Assembly (NCBI GenBank): GCA_017886705.1
Contig: JAGHJJ010000085.1
Coordinates: 1 to 41,896, forward strand
Direction of reading: 5' to 3'
Length of the DNA: 41,896 nucleotides
Origin: Bacilli bacterium
GTDB lineage: Bacteria; Bacillota_I; Bacilli_A; RF39; UBA660
The notes under the pieces are model-generated. The model was not told the DNA's origin and ran no database searches. It saw nothing but the letters and a program-made list of their open reading frames with translations. This document shows positions 25,906 to 35,826 of this stretch, piece after piece (positions within the stretch are counted from its first letter, which is position 1; the number at the start of each line of letters is the position of its first letter). Made by a program: the position numbers and the translations under genes.

Positions 25906-26382
25906 ATGGATTTTAAAGAAATTATACATATTTTACAAGAAAGAAGAAAAACAATTTCTACGATGGAGTCTTGTACTGGTGGTGGAGTTGCGAATGCCAT
26001 TACTAATTGTGAAGGCGCTAGTGAAATATTAAAGTTTAGTGCAGTAACGTATTCTAATGAATATAAAATTAAACAGGGCGTATCAAGTGAAGTAATTGAT
26101 AAATATACAGTCTATAGTATGGAAACAGCAGATGAGATGAGTAAAAAAATTACAGAGTATGCAAATAGTGATTATGGAGTAGGGATTACTGGACAATTAA
26201 ATAGACAAGATCCAGCCAATCCTGTAGGAGAGGATAATGTTGTCTACATTAGTATTTATGATAGAGAAAATAATAAGTACTATAGAGAAACCATGGAAGT
26301 TCATAAGGAAAGTAGAAAATTAAATAAAGATCATGTCATTGATAAAATCATTGAAATGTTGGAAACTATATTAAAAAAATGA
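25906..26382 (+). CDS. pncC: NMN deamidase (CinA C-terminal domain)
   Basis: ESCTGG, GAS, VTYSN..K, GITG motifs of stand-alone CinA/PncC. Confidence 0.85.
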   Translation: MDFKEIIHILQERRKTISTMESCTGGGVANAITNCEGASEILKFSAVTYSNEYKIKQGVSSEVIDKYTVYSMETADEMSKKITEYANSDYGVGITGQLNRQDPANPVGEDNVVYISIYDRENNKYYRETMEVHKESRKLNKDHVIDKIIEMLETILKK

Positions 26383-26405
26383 TAAAATATTAATGAGGTG
26401 AAAAC

Positions 26406-27155
26406 ATGAAAGAATCTACTTTAGCAAAAGTAAGAGAAGAGTATAAGAAAGTAGTAAATGAAACTAACCAGCTTTTGTCTTATAAACAAGAATTAAAATC
26501 TTTAGAACAGGATGAGAATGTAAAAAGATATCTAGAACTCCTAGAATTAGTAGATAGAGATTATGAAGCACCATCAATAGAGAAGATGATTGCTGCTGCT
26601 TATCTAAATGCCAATATAGAGAATAGTGATAGTAATCATATTATGGTATATGTCGGAACCTATCATAGAGATACTGATATGTATCGGGATAATGATACCA
26701 TAACACAAGATGATAGTAAGGCTAGTTATAAAGCATATTTAGATTTAGAAACACAAGCGGCTTATAATATTGCTATAGAAGAAGTAAGAGAATTCGAAAA
26801 AGAACACTTGACAATATATCTTCCAGTAGAAGGAGTTAGTCAAAACGATTATATGGCCAAATATTTTGAACTGCAAATATGGTTTCGTAAACAATTAATG
26901 ACACATTCTCAAAAAGAAGTGATAGGAAAATTACAAGAGAATATGGATATAAAATATCAAAAACTATCCTCAGCATGTCAAAACAATCCAACACTGCAAT
27001 TACAAGTTGGAAAACCTGCTAAACCAGTATCTTTTGACGTAGACCAATTTGTAACAACACATCCTGAGGCTGGTTTTTTAGAAGAGTTTTGTCTATCTCC
27101 TGAAAATAGAGCTAAAGTAAAACAATATAGAAATAAGCATAGTGAAAATCACTAG
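26406..27155 (+). CDS. Orphan hypothetical protein
   Basis: 249-aa ORF with RBS GAGGTG; N-terminal coiled coil. Confidence 0.7.
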   Translation: MKESTLAKVREEYKKVVNETNQLLSYKQELKSLEQDENVKRYLELLELVDRDYEAPSIEKMIAAAYLNANIENSDSNHIMVYVGTYHRDTDMYRDNDTITQDDSKASYKAYLDLETQAAYNIAIEEVREFEKEHLTIYLPVEGVSQNDYMAKYFELQIWFRKQLMTHSQKEVIGKLQENMDIKYQKLSSACQNNPTLQLQVGKPAKPVSFDVDQFVTTHPEAGFLEEFCLSPENRAKVKQYRNKHSENH

Positions 27156-27204
27156 CTTTTTTCTTGAATTATGTTATAATCAAAGTATAAATAAGAGGTG
27201 TGAT

Positions 27205-28035
27205 ATGAAAAAAGAATATAAAACTGAAGAAGAATTCTTAAAAGACTATGATCCAAAAGCTTTTGATCAATTATCTATGACATCAGATATCTTATTAATT
27301 AGTGTATCTGATCAAGAACAGACAAATTACCGTAAAACAAGTAAAAAAATGATGAGTATTCTACTAGTAAAAAGAGATGATTATCCCTATAAAGATAAAT
27401 GGTGCTTACCTGGAGGCTTCCTAAATCCTAAAACAGAAACATTAGAAGAGTGCGCTAAAAGAGTATTAAAGAGGGAAACCAATTTATCAAATATTTACTT
27501 AGAACAATTATATACCTATGATGCGATTGATAGAGACCCTAGAACCAGAGTAGTCTCTACTGCCTATATTGCTTTAATAGATAAAAATAAATTAACGGAA
27601 ATGATTAATCTTAATGCATCCTGGTTTGATATTGTTTTATTAGAAGAAAAAAATAATATTGTAGACATCACTTTAGATAATGGAAAAGACACCATTCAAC
27701 TTTCTATAAAGAAAGAACTACGTGAGAAAACAACCGATCGTTATCGTTTTATGGCAATAAAAAATGAAAGTTTAGCCTTTGATCATGCTCTGGTTATTCT
27801 AGCGGGAATTGAAAGAATAAGAAATAAAATTAATTATACTGATATTGTCTTTAATATGATGCCAGACTATTTTACTTTAGGAGAATTACAACAAGTCTAT
27901 GAAGTAATATTAAATAAAAAACTACTTGATCCTGCTTTCAGAAGAATTATTGCCAATAAAGTAGTAAAAACAAAGAAAATGAAAACTGGAGAAGGACATC
28001 GTCCATCGGCCTTATTTAAATATAAAGGAAAGTAA
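27205..28035 (+). CDS. nrtR: NrtR (Nudix-related transcriptional regulator, ADP-ribose sensing)
   Basis: W.LPGGF, degenerate Nudix box (RVLKRET), EQLYT...RDPR.RVVSTAY, LAFDH, FTL.ELQ.VYE, FRR, HRPS.LF wHTH. Confidence 0.9.
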   Translation: MKKEYKTEEEFLKDYDPKAFDQLSMTSDILLISVSDQEQTNYRKTSKKMMSILLVKRDDYPYKDKWCLPGGFLNPKTETLEECAKRVLKRETNLSNIYLEQLYTYDAIDRDPRTRVVSTAYIALIDKNKLTEMINLNASWFDIVLLEEKNNIVDITLDNGKDTIQLSIKKELREKTTDRYRFMAIKNESLAFDHALVILAGIERIRNKINYTDIVFNMMPDYFTLGELQQVYEVILNKKLLDPAFRRIIANKVVKTKKMKTGEGHRPSALFKYKGK

Positions 28036-28036
28036 T

Positions 28037-28828
28037 ATGAAGAGTGTTAAATTATTTGTAAATGATAATGAAACTTCTAAAAATGTTTCAAAAATAGTAA
28101 AAGAAAAACTAGAAAGTGCTAATTTTCAGGTAGTAGAAGATAATTATGACCTAGCTATTGCGATTGGTGGAGATGGTTCTTTCTTAAGAATGATAAAATC
28201 TTCAAACTTTAATGAAAATTGTCTCTATATTGGTATTAATGCCGGAACATTAGGCTTTGCGCAAGAAGTAAATGTAGAAGAGATTGATAAGTTTATCTTA
28301 GATTTAGAAAATAATAATTATAAAGTAGAAAATATTGGTATTCAAGAAATTGAAATTAAAACACCAGATACTATTTCTAAACAATTATCATTAAATGAAA
28401 TGATAGTAAGAGATATGGAATTAAATACTGCTAATCTAAAGGTTTTAGTAGAAGATGTGTTATTAGAAGATTTTGTAGGGGATGGACTGCTTCTAGCAAC
28501 TTCTTTTGGTTCTACTGCATATAACTTAAGTTTTGGAGGAAGTATTGTCTATAATACTTTTCATACATTGCAACTAACACCGATTGCTCCATTAAATAAT
28601 AAGTCCTATAGAAATTTATTAAACTCGGTAATCCTACCAGATAATAAAGAAATAGTAATAAAACCATGCAATCGTACCAAAAACTTATTAATTACTGTGG
28701 ATGGAGATAATAACTTCTATAAGAATGTAGATTATGTATCGTCTAAAGTAAGTGGTAGAGAAATTCAAATACTAAGAATGAAAGATTATAATTTTATTAA
28801 AAAGATTAATGATAAGTTTTTAAAATAG
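28037..28828 (+). CDS. nadK: NAD kinase
   Basis: GGDG, GTLGF, LNE, GDG...T..GSTAYNLS.GG. Confidence 0.92.
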   Translation: MKSVKLFVNDNETSKNVSKIVKEKLESANFQVVEDNYDLAIAIGGDGSFLRMIKSSNFNENCLYIGINAGTLGFAQEVNVEEIDKFILDLENNNYKVENIGIQEIEIKTPDTISKQLSLNEMIVRDMELNTANLKVLVEDVLLEDFVGDGLLLATSFGSTAYNLSFGGSIVYNTFHTLQLTPIAPLNNKSYRNLLNSVILPDNKEIVIKPCNRTKNLLITVDGDNNFYKNVDYVSSKVSGREIQILRMKDYNFIKKINDKFLK

Positions 28829-28852
28829 GAACATACTACTACTGGTGATAGT

Positions 28853-29788
28853 ATGAAAATAAGACTGGGTTATGCCTGTATTAGTGAAACGATAGAAGGA
28901 ACATCTTCTAGTACTTATTCCTATACGAAATATAAAGAAGAAAAAGATAATAAAAAATTAGAGAGTATTATTTTCTCTAATCTTTTTCATTTACAACAAC
29001 TATTACTCTATAATAATAAAAATAATATTCATTTTTTTAGACTAAGTTCTAATATTATCCCGCTTGCAACTAAAAAAGAAGTAAAATTTGACTACTTTAC
29101 TCCTTATCAAAGAAATTATCAAAAATTAGCAGAGTTAATCAAAGAAAAAAATATGAGAGTAGATTTTCATCCTAGTGAATATTGCATCATTAACAGTACT
29201 AGAAAAGAAGTAGTAGAGGCAAGTTTTGAAATATTAAAATATCATTATAGATTACTTACTTATTTAAAAATAGATAAGCCTCTTTTAGTATTACATATAG
29301 GAAGTAAAGAATTTGGAAAAGAAAAATCTATCACTAGATTTGTTCATAATTTTTATAAACTACCAAAAGAAATACAAAATGTAATTGCTATTGAAAACGA
29401 TGATAAATCTTATCATATTGAAGATTGCCTAACTTTATCTAAATTAATAGATAGACCAGTAATATTTGATTATCATCATCACTGTTGTAATACAGTATCA
29501 ACTAATCTAGAAGATATACTACCAAAAGTAATTGCTACTTGGCAACAAACTCCTAAAATGCATTTTTCTTCACCAAAAAGCAAGTTAAAAAAAGAAATAA
29601 GATCTCACCATGATTATATTGATAGTGATGAGTTTATCAAGTTTCTTGGCTATGTAAAAAACTTAGGAAAGGATATCGATATTATGATAGAAGCTAAGAA
29701 AAAAGATGAAGCGATGTTTCGCCTAATTAGAGAATTAAAATATAAAACAGAAATAAAGTTTTTAGATGATACTAGTTTTATGTTATAA
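28853..29788 (+). CDS. uvsE: UV DNA damage endonuclease
   Basis: RLGYAC, FFRLSS, HP, H.G, ENDD, FDYHH, KMH.S, H.D.I, IMIEAK.KD. Confidence 0.92.
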   Translation: MKIRLGYACISETIEGTSSSTYSYTKYKEEKDNKKLESIIFSNLFHLQQLLLYNNKNNIHFFRLSSNIIPLATKKEVKFDYFTPYQRNYQKLAELIKEKNMRVDFHPSEYCIINSTRKEVVEASFEILKYHYRLLTYLKIDKPLLVLHIGSKEFGKEKSITRFVHNFYKLPKEIQNVIAIENDDKSYHIEDCLTLSKLIDRPVIFDYHHHCCNTVSTNLEDILPKVIATWQQTPKMHFSSPKSKLKKEIRSHHDYIDSDEFIKFLGYVKNLGKDIDIMIEAKKKDEAMFRLIRELKYKTEIKFLDDTSFML

Positions 29789-29809
29789 TAAGTAGCAGGA
29801 TGTGATAGC

Positions 29810-30526
29810 ATGAATAAAAAAATAGGTGTTCTAGATTCTGGTATAGGAGGTACTACGGTATTAAATAAAATAGTAGAGCTACTTCCTAATGAAGAATATA
29901 TCTATTATGCCGACACCAAAAACAATCCCTATGGAGAAAAAAGTGAAGAAGAACTTTATAAGATTGTGAAAGAAATCGTTACTTTTTTAATAAATAAAAA
30001 GAATTGTAAAATCATTGTTCTAGCATGTAATACCGCAACGACAAAATGTATGAAAAAATTACAGAAAGAATTTCCGGATATGTTATTTGTAGGAACGGTA
30101 CCTGCGGTAAAAGTTGCTTGTGATAATCACTATAAACATACTCTAGTACTAGCAACACCCGCAACCATTGACTCGGAAAGAATGGCTGAGTTAGTCAAAG
30201 ATAATAAAAAAGATGATCAAGAAATGATACTATATCCTTGTCCAGGATTAGCAGATGCCATAGAAAAAGAAAGAAAAGATAAAATAATACAAATATTAAA
30301 AAAAATAAAACAAGAAATGCAAGATAAAAAAATAGACTCTATTGTCTTAGGTTGTACGCATTATCCATTAATTAAAGATCAAATAAAAGAATATTTTCCT
30401 AATGTGATGCTATTAGATGGCTCTTTCGGAGTAGCACAAGAAGTAAAACGACAATTAGAAAGTCATAATTTACTAAGCCAAACAAGCACTGGTAACATAG
30501 AATATATAGATTCAGAAGGAATTTAA
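29810..30526 (+). CDS. murI: Glutamate racemase
   Basis: DSGIGG, PYG.K, ACNTAT, LGCTHY. Confidence 0.95.
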   Translation: MNKKIGVLDSGIGGTTVLNKIVELLPNEEYIYYADTKNNPYGEKSEEELYKIVKEIVTFLINKKNCKIIVLACNTATTKCMKKLQKEFPDMLFVGTVPAVKVACDNHYKHTLVLATPATIDSERMAELVKDNKKDDQEMILYPCPGLADAIEKERKDKIIQILKKIKQEMQDKKIDSIVLGCTHYPLIKDQIKEYFPNVMLLDGSFGVAQEVKRQLESHNLLSQTSTGNIEYIDSEGI

Positions 30527-30540
30527 CTTCCTTCTTTTTT
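30514..30540 (+). terminator. Rho-independent terminator
   Basis: AGAAGGAA-TTTAAC-TTCCTTCT plus T tract. Confidence 0.7.
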
Positions 30541-30573
30541 TCTTTTATTGTATAATGATAATAGGGTGATAGT

Positions 30574-31167
30574 ATGAATAACTTGTTTTATAGGATAGTA
30601 CGTCTTATAGTAAGATTTTTATTCTTATCCTTGTTTCGACCTAGGATAAAAGGAATTGAGAATATTCCTAAGAATGAAAATTACATCTTAGCTGGAAATC
30701 ATACAAAATGGTTAGATCCCGTAATGTTAGTAGCTATCGTAAAAGATGAGATTCACTTTCTTGCGAAAGACTCTTTATTCAAAGGAATAACAAAACCTAT
30801 TGTTAAAGGTATGGGAGCAATTTCAGTAAATAGAAAGATTCATGATCATCAAGCCTTAGAAAATGCCATAGATGCTTTAAGAAAAGGCGCTGTAATAGGA
30901 ATATTTCCCGAAGGAACAATCAATAGAGAGAAAAAAGAGCCTACGTTACCTTTTAAAATAGGAGCAGTAAAAATGGCAAATACAACAAATACTAAAATTA
31001 TACCATTTGTAATTACTGGTAAATATAAAGTATTTTCATCTACCATCACAATAGAATTTTTAAAACCAAGGACTATCTCTAATAATTTAGATTTAGAAAA
31101 TGAAAAATTAAGAGACGAAATAAATAAAAAATTGGAGGAAAAATATGAATGTAGTCAATCTAATTAG
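30574..31167 (+). CDS. plsC: 1-acyl-sn-glycerol-3-phosphate acyltransferase (copy 1)
   Basis: NHTKWLD (HX4D), FLAK, IFPEGT. Confidence 0.88.
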   Translation: MNNLFYRIVRLIVRFLFLSLFRPRIKGIENIPKNENYILAGNHTKWLDPVMLVAIVKDEIHFLAKDSLFKGITKPIVKGMGAISVNRKIHDHQALENAIDALRKGAVIGIFPEGTINREKKEPTLPFKIGAVKMANTTNTKIIPFVITGKYKVFSSTITIEFLKPRTISNNLDLENEKLRDEINKKLEEKYECSQSN

Positions 31168-32887
31168 ACAGAAAATGATGAAGACACCTTGGACAAAATA
31201 TTATAAAAAAGAAGATAGAAAAATAAAAATAGAAGATATTTCTATTTATCAAATGTTAGCAAAAAATAATATTTCAAGAGATAAGAATATCGCAATTAAT
31301 TATTATGGAACGCTAATTACTTATAAAGAACTTTTTCATAAAATTAATCAAGCTGCGAATGCTTTTCGTAGTCAAGGAATTAGAAGAGGGGATATTGTTA
31401 CAATTTGTATGCCAAACACTCCGGAAGCACTAATTTCTTTTTATGCACTTAATAAAATTGGTGCAATTGCGAATATGATTCATCCCTTATCTGGAGAGCA
31501 AGAAATAAAAGAATATTTAACATCTACTCATAGTGTTATGTTAATTATGATTGATATTTGCTATGAAAAGGTGAAAAATGTAATAAAAGAAACAGATGTA
31601 TATAAGACGATTGTGACATCAGCAAGTGACTCCATGGGATTTTTATTAAGTTTTGGATATCAAGTAACACAGGGATACAAGATAAAAAAACCAAAACGTA
31701 GTGAAGAGTATGTCTATTGGAAAGATTTCATTAGAAAAGGTCTAAATTACCGAGAAACGGGAGAGACTGCTACTGGTAAAGATACACCAGCTGTCATATT
31801 ACATAGTGGTGGAACGACAGGGAATCCTAAAGGTATTGTGTTATCTAATGGAAACTTTAATGCTTTATCTATGCAAGCAAAAATTGCTTTTAATGAAGTT
31901 CGTCCTGGTGAAAAAGTACTAGCAATCATGCCTATTTTTCATGGATTTGGTTTAGGTGTATCTATCAATGCTCCTTTAGTGTTAGGGTGTGAAGTCATAT
32001 TAATACCACAGTTTAATGCTAAAAAGTTTGATAAATTATTAGAAAAATATAAACCTAATGTTTTATTCGGAGTTCCCACTCTTTTTGAAGCTTTAATTAA
32101 TACAAAAAATGAACGTTTGGATTTAAGTATGGTAAGATATGTCATTAGTGGAGGAGATAGCTTGTCTAGTTCTCTAGAAAGAAGAATTAATGTTTTCTTA
32201 GCGAGTCATAAAGCAAGAGTAGAGATTTCTCAAGGATATGGAATGACAGAGTCTTTAGCAGCCGTAGCACTTGCTTTTGGAAAAGCTAATAAACCTGGTA
32301 GTATTGGAATACCTTTTCCTAGTAATTATATAAAAATAGTAAAACCTAGGACCCAGGAAGAAGTACCATATGGAGAAGATGGAGAAATTTGTATTTCTGG
32401 ACCAACAGTGATGTTAGGATATTTAGACAATGAAAAAGAAACTAATGAGATGCTACAAATTCATAAAGATGGTCTTGTTTGGTTACATACTGGTGATATG
32501 GGAATGATGGATGAGGATGGAGTAGTGTTTTACCGTCAGAGAATAAAGAGAATGATTATCTCTAGTGGTTATAATATTTATCCAGCTCATGTAGAACAAG
32601 TAATAGAAGAACATCCGGCTGTATTAAAATGTACTGTAGTAGGTATTCCACATCCATATAAGATGGAAGTTCCTAAAGCTTATATTGTATTAAAAAATGG
32701 ATATAGCCCATTAGGTGTTAGAAAAAGTATTAGAGAACAGTGTAAAAAGAATTTGGCTGCCTATGCGATTCCATATGAATTTGAATATCGAAAAAGTCTT
32801 CCTAAAACATTAATTGGTAAAGTAGACTTTAAAAAATTACAAGAAGAAAATAGCGAGCATAGAAAGAGTGTTAGAGATGGAAAATAA
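31145..32887 (+). CDS. Long-chain fatty acid-CoA ligase (class I adenylate-forming)
   Basis: HSGGTTGNPKG, GYGMTE, WLHTGD, R.K.MII.SGYN, PKT.IGK. Confidence 0.88.
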   Translation: MNVVNLIRQKMMKTPWTKYYKKEDRKIKIEDISIYQMLAKNNISRDKNIAINYYGTLITYKELFHKINQAANAFRSQGIRRGDIVTICMPNTPEALISFYALNKIGAIANMIHPLSGEQEIKEYLTSTHSVMLIMIDICYEKVKNVIKETDVYKTIVTSASDSMGFLLSFGYQVTQGYKIKKPKRSEEYVYWKDFIRKGLNYRETGETATGKDTPAVILHSGGTTGNPKGIVLSNGNFNALSMQAKIAFNEVRPGEKVLAIMPIFHGFGLGVSINAPLVLGCEVILIPQFNAKKFDKLLEKYKPNVLFGVPTLFEALINTKNERLDLSMVRYVISGGDSLSSSLERRINVFLASHKARVEISQGYGMTESLAAVALAFGKANKPGSIGIPFPSNYIKIVKPRTQEEVPYGEDGEICISGPTVMLGYLDNEKETNEMLQIHKDGLVWLHTGDMGMMDEDGVVFYRQRIKRMIISSGYNIYPAHVEQVIEEHPAVLKCTVVGIPHPYKMEVPKAYIVLKNGYSPLGVRKSIREQCKKNLAAYAIPYEFEYRKSLPKTLIGKVDFKKLQEENSEHRKSVRDGK

Positions 32888-33476
32888 AGATAAAATGTAT
32901 TTTTACCGTTTCCTAAAACCAATATTAACACCTATCTTTAAATGGTATTATCATCCCAAAATTATTGGAAGAGAAAATATTCCTAAAACAGGTCCTATTA
33001 TCATTGTTGCTAATCACAAACATTTATATGATCAGTGTCTAGCAATTATTTCTACCAAAAGACCGATTCATTATATGGCAAAAAAAGAATATTTTGATGG
33101 GAAAATGGCTTGGTTTTTCAAACTAGCAGGATGTATTTCTGTAGATAGAAGTAAAAAAGATGAACATGCAACAGATCAAGCATTAGAAGTCTTAGAAAAA
33201 GGGTTTGCTTTAGGATTATTTCCAGAAGGAACTAGAAACAGAACGAAAGAACTTTTATTACCATTTAAATTTGGAGCAGTTTCTATGGCAAAGAAAACCA
33301 ATGCTTTGATTGTTCCTTTCGCAATTACTGGAGACTATAAGTTTCGAAGTAAAAACTTAACTGCAAGATTCGGAAAGCCATTTAAAGTAGAAGGAGATTT
33401 AGAACAAGCAAATAAGAAGTTAGAAGCAACTATCAAAGACTTAATGCTTGAAAATCTAAAAAATAGTGGTAAATAG
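32877..33476 (+). CDS. plsC: 1-acyl-sn-glycerol-3-phosphate acyltransferase (copy 2)
   Basis: NHKHLYD, YMAKKE, LFPEGTRN. Confidence 0.88.
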   Translation: MENKDKMYFYRFLKPILTPIFKWYYHPKIIGRENIPKTGPIIIVANHKHLYDQCLAIISTKRPIHYMAKKEYFDGKMAWFFKLAGCISVDRSKKDEHATDQALEVLEKGFALGLFPEGTRNRTKELLLPFKFGAVSMAKKTNALIVPFAITGDYKFRSKNLTARFGKPFKVEGDLEQANKKLEATIKDLMLENLKNSGK

Positions 33477-33542
33477 TGTCAAATAAAGAAAGTTATCACC
33501 ATGATACCTTTCTTTTTATGTTATTATTATACTGGTGATAGC

Positions 33543-34409
33543 ATGAATGAAAACATAATAAAAAATGACTTCGGATCAGAAGATACTTATAAATTGTATC
33601 GTACTGTATATGAAATTATTCATCCAACAATCTCTAAGAAAAACATATCTAATTATAAGATTATGATACAAGAAGATTTAGTGCCATTACGAATCTTTTA
33701 TCCTAAAAAAATATCTACCATTACTAGAGTGATTCTTTATATTCACGGTAAAAGATGGATGATTAATGGTTTTTATTCATATAAAGAGGTATGTGAAAGA
33801 CTAGTCCAAGAAATGGACACATTAGTAATTGCTATTGACTATGAAAATGATTCTTATCAAAAAGTTGTAGACAAAAGTTATCAAACAATCAAATATTTAA
33901 AAGAAGGATTAAATAGAATAGGTATTCAAAATATTATTACTATAGGGGATGCTCTTGGTGCTAGTATTTTAAGTAATGTAGTTTTAATGGATAAATCTAT
34001 CATAGAAAAAGGAATTTTGTTATATCCAGCCTTGGATTTTAATTTTAACATAGAGTATTCATCCTTTGCTCAAAATAATAAATTAGATTTATTGACAATT
34101 CCTCATCTACGGATGTATTGTAATAAGTATGTTGATTTAAAAAATTATCATTCTGTTATGGAAGAGGAAAGCTATAAAGATTGGCCTGATATCTTGATAA
34201 TTACTGGGGACTTAGATCCATTGCGGGATGAAATAGAGGAATTTAGTAAAAGATTACGAAAGGACAATAGAAAATCAAAATATATCAATATTAAGTTTGC
34301 TTCGCATGGATTTTTAAATAGTAAAGATGAGGAAGCCAAAGAAGAATGCTTTAAAGATATGAAAAATTTTATAATAACTAAGAGAAAGGTAGTCATACCT
34401 GAAAATTAA
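33543..34409 (+). CDS. Alpha/beta hydrolase, HSL/Aes-like family, nucleophile Ser absent
   Basis: LRIFYP, HGKRW (for HGGGW), GDALG (for GDSAG), DPLRDE, HGF. Confidence 0.8.
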   Translation: MNENIIKNDFGSEDTYKLYRTVYEIIHPTISKKNISNYKIMIQEDLVPLRIFYPKKISTITRVILYIHGKRWMINGFYSYKEVCERLVQEMDTLVIAIDYENDSYQKVVDKSYQTIKYLKEGLNRIGIQNIITIGDALGASILSNVVLMDKSIIEKGILLYPALDFNFNIEYSSFAQNNKLDLLTIPHLRMYCNKYVDLKNYHSVMEEESYKDWPDILIITGDLDPLRDEIEEFSKRLRKDNRKSKYINIKFASHGFLNSKDEEAKEECFKDMKNFIITKRKVVIPEN

Positions 34410-34433
34410 TGGTATACTGTATTGGTGATAAAT

Positions 34434-34973
34434 ATGGAAAGAAGAAGAACAAAAAAAGATATTGTAAAAATGTTACTTAGAAATAATGAATTAGAAGAAC
34501 AAGATGAAGAAGAATTATTAAATCTATTAATCGATCAACCAATCGCAATCGATGTTGATAAACAGGAAGAAGCTAAAATGACAAAAGGAGATAAAATTGC
34601 GGATAAACTAAGTGAAGTTGCGGGTAGCTGGACATTTATTATTTTATTTGTTGTATTTTTGTTAGGATGGATTGGTCTAAATACGGTATTGTTATCAGGA
34701 GAAGATGCAATTGATCCTTATCCATTTATTTTGTTAAATTTGGTTTTATCATGTATTGCTGCACTACAAGCGCCAATTATTATGATGAGTCAAAATCGTC
34801 AAGCAGAAAAAGATAGCTTGCGAAACCAAAATGATTATCGTACAGATTTAAAAAGTGAATTGATACTAGAATCTTTACATGATCAAATGAATACGATATT
34901 AAAAAATCAGAGACAAATATTAAAGTATATCAAAAATCAGGAGGAACAAGATGAGGAAAAACAAACTAAGTAA
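34434..34973 (+). CDS. DUF1003 membrane protein
   Basis: AD....GSWTFI, DPYPFILLNL.LS..AA.QAPIIMMSQNRQ..KD. Confidence 0.9.
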   Translation: MERRRTKKDIVKMLLRNNELEEQDEEELLNLLIDQPIAIDVDKQEEAKMTKGDKIADKLSEVAGSWTFIILFVVFLLGWIGLNTVLLSGEDAIDPYPFILLNLVLSCIAALQAPIIMMSQNRQAEKDSLRNQNDYRTDLKSELILESLHDQMNTILKNQRQILKYIKNQEEQDEEKQTK

Positions 34974-35514
34974 GTTAGTACTAATATTAATGATGGTGGT
35001 ATTGCTAACTGGTTGTGGCAGTGATAAAAGTAGTACTACTGCGAATAATACCACTGGAAGTAGTAATAATAGTAGTAATGAAAGTACTGTACCTAATTCA
35101 AGTGTATCAGAAAGTGATACTGCTGGAATGGAAAAATTAACTTGCTCTAGAGAAGCAAGTGCAGGTAGTGGAGTAGATGTCAATCTAGATTATGAAATCT
35201 ATTATCAAGGAGAGTATATTCAAATACTTCATTCTACAGAACAAGTAGTAACAGATGACCAAGATACCCTAGATGAGTATGAAGATGCTTATAAAGGAAT
35301 TTATAAACATTATGAAGGATTAAAGTATTATGATAATACAGTAACTAGAACCAATAATTCTGTAACAAGTGATACTGTGATTAATTATGGTAAGATAGAT
35401 ACAGATAAGTTACTAGCTATCGAAGGTGAAGAAGATAATGTCATTAAAGATGGAAAAGTAAAATTAGATGACTGGTTAGATTTTGCAGAGCAATTCGGAA
35501 CGAAATGTGAGTAG
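34951..35514 (+). CDS. Lipoprotein (YehR/DUF1307-like)
   Basis: Lipobox LTGC, S/N/T-rich linker, beta-rich domain ending in G.KCE. Confidence 0.7.
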   Translation: MRKNKLSKLVLILMMVVLLTGCGSDKSSTTANNTTGSSNNSSNESTVPNSSVSESDTAGMEKLTCSREASAGSGVDVNLDYEIYYQGEYIQILHSTEQVVTDDQDTLDEYEDAYKGIYKHYEGLKYYDNTVTRTNNSVTSDTVINYGKIDTDKLLAIEGEEDNVIKDGKVKLDDWLDFAEQFGTKCE

Positions 35515-35524
35515 TTCCTAATAC

Positions 35525-35599
35525 GTTCAAGTAGTTCAACGGATAGAATCTCTTCCTCCGACGGAGATGATACGGGTTCGATTCCCGTCTTGAACACCA
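35525..35599 (+). tRNA. tRNA-Arg (anticodon CCG)
   Basis: Acceptor GTTCAAG/CTTGAAC, anticodon arm TCTTC-CTCCGAC-GGAGA, T arm ACGGG-TTCGATT-CCCGT, encoded CCA, A20 present. Confidence 0.92.
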
Positions 35600-35646
35600 T
35601 ATTGTTATTGAATTAGTATTCATATTATGATAGAATACTTTTATCT

Positions 35647-35720
35647 GCCGATATAGTTTAGTGGTAAAACAGATCCTTGGTAAGGATCAGCGGACAGTTC
35701 AATTCTGTCTTTCGGCACCA
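35647..35720 (+). tRNA. tRNA-Thr (anticodon GGT)
   Basis: Acceptor GCCGATA/TTTCGGC (one T-T mismatch), GATCC-TTGGTAA-GGATC, GACAG-TTCAATT-CTGTC, ACCA. Confidence 0.92.
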
Positions 35721-35826
35721 GATTTTGATGTCAAACTTATACTTTTCAATTTTTCATAATAGTTGATTAGTTTGAGTTTTATTATTTAAAATAATATAAT
35801 TTTTAGACTTTTTAGGGGGAGTAAAA

